Shown here: piece after piece, positions 60,101 through 64,000 of the stretch | Layout: each line of letters starts with the position of its first letter | Position numbering within the stretch: the stretch's first letter is position 1 | From: Macrostomum hystrix | Taxonomy: Eukaryota > Animalia > Platyhelminthes | Assembly (NCBI GenBank): GCA_950097015.1 | Contig: CATNEN010000001.1 | Span: forward strand, 14,074,001 to 14,138,000 | Direction of reading: 5' to 3' | Length of the DNA stretch: 64,000 bases | The notes under the pieces: generated by a model | Told to the model about the DNA's origin: nothing | What the model saw: the letters and a program-made list of their open reading frames with translations, nothing else | The model's database searches: none | Made by a program: the position numbers and the translations under genes

Positions 60101-62329
60101 TTCCCCCCTTCTCTGCCTTGCTGTTTTGCCCTATCCCTTCCCCGGGAGCTACAGGATTGCAGCACGCGGCCGAATCAGCATCCAGATAAGTAACCCGCGC
60201 AGCGGTTTCGTAATTATTACTCCTAAGGGACTAACACTTTAGGTTAGGCGGCAATTAGTGGGAGGGAAACTAGGGATTTGTTTAGCCTAATAAACTTTCT
60301 AATCACAGCTATCATTTAACTTATTGGGCTTAATTTTACAACAACTTAATTCCTTTTACTATGTCTCTCCTTCGCTTTTATTTCATTGTTAGACAGCCCT
60401 CGATCATGAGTGGCTAACTCATTAAGGGGGTGGGCTCTGGTGATGCCGAGCTGAAAGCTGCGGCAGGAAGACAACTGTGAGCGCGCATGAGAGTAATAAG
60501 GAGCTAGGGATTTGCGAGTAAAATGCGGAATGTAGCGTGTGCATTGCTGCCTAGAGGCGGGGAATTCCTTGGCCGGCTTTCCTCTCTCACTGGCGGATTC
60601 CAGTGTGCGCGTCAAACTCCTTTGTCAATTGAATTCTCCTTCTATTCCCCGCCCTCGCAACTACGGCCATGGGAGCGAGAGGCGTGATCTAATAATTATC
60701 GCTTGCATAATCACTCAGCCAGTGTTCTGCTTAATCTCTCCTGCCTCTGATTTCCTCATCTCACACAGATTCGGATTTGTTAGTTACCTAATGTGTAGGC
60801 TGCAATCTAATGTAAGGAATGTGCCTGATGTTTCATGAGTAGGATTCCGGCTATGGATTTTCATTCGAGTTCTTAGTACCACCTTTCTAGACCCCTGTAG
60901 CGCGAATTCAGGAATCCCCTTTTGAGGCGTGTCTCGATCCATTCTCGGGCTCTCACCCCAGTCTAAAACGGAAGTTGCAGAATGCCCTATTTTTCGGCTT
61001 GTCTAGATCTGTGTGATGAACTGGGAGCTGTGTACTCCGGGGACCCAAGTTCCCAAATGTCTGCGGTGGCAACGTAGGCGCATTGGGTGGTGGCGCTACC
61101 CGAGATCTTTTTCCGCTTTGCCAATAGCCTTTCCGCATTTCTGTGACAAGAGCCTGGGCCGTTTCGACCACCGCTACCAAGGTTAGGAGTCGGTTATTTA
61201 CATGCTACTGACGACAGTAGGCTCTCTAGCCCTGTCCTATCTGTCTACGGATAGTCCGATGCCTCACTTTAGACTTTTAGCCGGGTTCGAGCATTGCTAG
61301 GGGTAGGCACGGCAGTCATGCCTGTGGCCTATGGGACGAGTGGGACTGGCCAGCCTGAGGCCAATAGGACCACTCCTTGCATCCTTTGTGCCGCCTCATC
61401 TCACCCTTCATCTCTCCCTTCATCCCTCCCTTCACCTCATCCCTCTCCGCGACAACTCGCGGCAGCAGCGCGATCGACCTTCCGACTCTACCGTCGTTTT
61501 CCACACTCCTATCTTTTCATGAGGGCGGTCATCGGCTTGTAAAAGACCCAACCATTTCAGTATTCACTTTGTCTTGTCTAATGAATTGCAGTTTCTTACT
61601 GTGAATAGTTTTTGAGAATTCGTTGATCGAATCGAGAATTCTCACGTACATAATAGCTAATTAATTGAGGATCCGGTCAGGTCATAGTGAAAGTTTGCAG
61701 TGCATGCGCTTTCAAAAACTTTGCTCAGGCCATTCTTTCGTTTTTAAGCTGCAATTTGAAACTAAAAAATTGATTCTGACTTCTTATTAAGTTTAGTGCA
61801 ACTGGCTTCTTCTGCGACAAAACTTTTTATTGCCTGCGGTCAAATTACATGTGTTTGTTAAATTTTACATTCACGTCGCCTTTTTACGGACTCAAATCGG
61901 ACGGAAAACGGACCATCTCAATTATGCGATTTCAACCTATTCTATATACTCCTAAATACATAGCTATTCGAGATGTAATTCAATTAAAGCAGTTGCCGCA
62001 GTATCAATAATTTTATACGGCTATTGAGCGGTTTACTGCAGACAGCCGGAATATGCATGGCCGACCAGAAGATCGAATTGTATACACGCTCAGAATATTT
62101 TGATGATTCCACTATATACTCGTAAATTGTTTCACTGATGCACACAAACTTTATTTCCTAGCTCTCACTGATCAGTAAAACAGTAAGTATATGTATAGTA
62201 AATAATTTATATCTAAAAACTAAATATTACGATTATACAAACCAAACATTTAACTTGCTGTACTACTAACGTTTAAATACGAGTAGTATTTTAAGCATGT
62301 TAGGTTCTGTACAGTAGATCAAAAAATGT

Positions 62330-62815
62330 CCTTTTTGCGGACTGGAATCGGACTGTTGGAATTACACAATTTTTCATCTTTTAAATGCATAAGTAACGGA
62401 AAATAAAGCCTTTTATGACGTTTTCAGCAGCTAACTCAAGAATTTTTTTATGGAACATCGTCCTCCTCGTCGCCCTATAGAGGACTCAAAACGGACCGCG
62501 GACGCGTCGGCCTTTTGCGGACTAATTTCGGACTGTGCGAATTACACATTTTTTCATCTTTTAAATGCATTTAGAACTGAAATCAAGGCCTTTTAAGACG
62601 TTTTTAGCAGCTAACTCACGAGTAATTTTTTTTTGGAACATCGTCCTTCTCGTCGGCCTTTTTCGGACTCAAATCGGACCATTTTGGAGCCGGTCGACGC
62701 GTCGGCCATTTTCGGACTAAAATCGGACTGTACGAAGTACACCTTTTTTCATCTTTTAAATGCATTATAAGTGAAATCAAGACCTCTTAAGACGTTTTCA
62801 GCAGCTAACTCGATT
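62330..62815. repeat. ~180-190-bp tandem repeat, ~3 copies, with CGGACT..AATCGGAC motifs
   Basis: Visible repeats (TTTTCATCTTTTAAATGCAT, GACGTTTT.AGCAGCTAACTC). Confidence 0.8.
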
Positions 62816-62928
62816 TTTTTTAGCTGAGCTGTCATAGGGTTAGATCGGACCGTGGGCGTCGAAAAGACGTCTTTTCGACGATGCTTTTTACACCTGGCTG
62901 ATATGTTCTCAAAACGAAGGTAAGAGCA

Positions 62929-63276
62929 GTATTTTTGCAAAAGTTCTTAAAGATGTGTGTATGACTACATCTTATGGTATTTTCGCGAAAATACTGATAT
63001 GCTCTAAACAAAGGTAGTTGGCGGTATTTTTGCAAAAGTTCTTGAAGTAGTGTGCATGACTACATCTTATGGTATTTTCGCGAAAATACTGATATGCTAT
63101 TAAACAAAGGTAGTTGGCGGTATTTTTGAGAAAATTCTTAAAGTAGTGTGCATGGCTACATCTTATGGTATTTTCGCGAAAATACTGCTATGCTATTAAA
63201 CAAAGGTAGTTGGCGGTATTTTTGCAAAAGTTCTTAAAGTAGTGTGCATGACTACATATTATGGTATTTTCGCGAA
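62929..63276. repeat. ~95-bp tandem repeat, ~3.6 copies
   Basis: GACTACATCTTATGGTATTTTCGCGAAAATACTG repeated. Confidence 0.9.
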
Positions 63277-63689
63277 TGCAGATACGTATTCTCAGACAAA
63301 GTGACTTGTACTTTTTTACCATCGACAAATTTAGTATATTTCTGCTAATTGTCAATAATCACGAATGATTTTTTTCGTGAAAATACAATATATACTGTGT
63401 ATCTGCGGCTTTTAAGAAAACGAGAATAGTTTAATCTTAGTTTAATCAGATGATAATCAAATGATTTCATTTGTTAATTTATTTATTTACTAACGAAATA
63501 ATCAGTGTTGACAATCATTAGCTTCTAAACAATATATAAGAGAGCTACAAACAGAACATATGAGATTCTCGGTTGTAAAGGGACGGGTATTAGTGGGGGT
63601 ATCACAATTGACACAACTGATAATAGTTTGGCAAATCAGACAATCAGCACATATTAAGTCAGGTGACACGACTGGGACAATATGAGCAT

Positions 63690-63998
63690 TCAGATGTCCA
63701 GTCTAGTTCTCGAACTGATCAGGCGCCCAGATCGCGTCCTGTATTCCGTTCGACGAACCATGAGTAGCTCAGAATCCGAGCTGGTCTCATTGTCATTGCT
63801 GACGTGCTGTTGTTCACCATCATCACCTTCTTCGTCGATATCGTCGTGAACGTTGCCTTGTCCAGCCGATGCTCCAAGCATCGGCGGTTGACTAAGACTG
63901 CGTCGTCTAGACGATGTAGACGAAATAGGCGATGGTCTTGCTGAATCGATGGCCGGCTTTGTCGACTCGGTGTTGTCCGTTGTTGAACATCTAGGACT
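63690..63998 (-). CDS. Probable C-terminus of an LTR-retrotransposon Pol (partial, runs off the window)
   Basis: Frame open to the window end; RTRSGRLISSRTRLDI* resembles Gypsy integrase C-termini. Confidence 0.45.
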   Translation of the reverse strand, partial: SPRCSTTDNTESTKPAIDSARPSPISSTSSRRRSLSQPPMLGASAGQGNVHDDIDEEGDDGEQQHVSNDNETSSDSELLMVRRTEYRTRSGRLISSRTRLDI

Positions 63999-64000
63999 AA

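Larger units (their letters stand above)
54679..61559 (+). mobile_element. Non-autonomous Gypsy-like LTR element: deleted 5' LTR, gag/protease remnant, ~2.3-kb 3' LTR
   Basis: 52-bp repeat TGATGTGGAG... at 54679 and 59218; PPT GAAGGTGGAG before 59218; end ...CCATTTCA at 61559; 4-bp TSD GTAT; PBS-like TGGCAGCAC at 54730. Confidence 0.6.

Noticed and set aside
61950-62290. Weak inverted similarity to 540-730 as possible giant-element termini
   Set aside because: Matches are short, AT-rich and not collinear

Overview
Repeat-dense animal (invertebrate-like) genomic DNA made of nested transposable elements, satellites and a few small spliced genes. Mobile elements: two full-length LOA-clade non-LTR retrotransposons (13553-19603, intact; 40714-47195, ORF2 broken); a complete EnSpm/CACTA (CMC) DNA transposon (20412-26590, 20-bp TIRs, AGA TSD) inserted in a small gene; a second, intron-containing CMC transposase (29603-36626) whose second intron holds a SINE split by a compact Mag-like Gypsy element (31218-35491); a non-autonomous long-LTR gag/protease element (54679-61559); tRNA-derived SINEs and MITE-like hairpins. 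Other genes: a 4-exon SETD8/PR-Set7-like gene just downstream of the second transposase, and an ETS-domain gene. Highlight 1: both LINEs begin exactly at a predicted HDV-like self-cleaving ribozyme with an unusual AC/GU P1.1 and a ~160-nt J1/2. It is followed by copy-number-variable 97-nt structured repeats and a splice acceptor just before ORF1. This 5' module is nearly identical in two otherwise divergent elements, which also share a covarying 3' RNA structure. Highlight 2: a possible multi-gene CMC transposon carrying a SET protein with both active-site Tyr changed to Phe and BET-ET-binding-like motifs, plus two small genes sharing one promoter module. All calls are by eye; no searches or folding programs were run. 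Some single-base frameshifts may be assembly errors.
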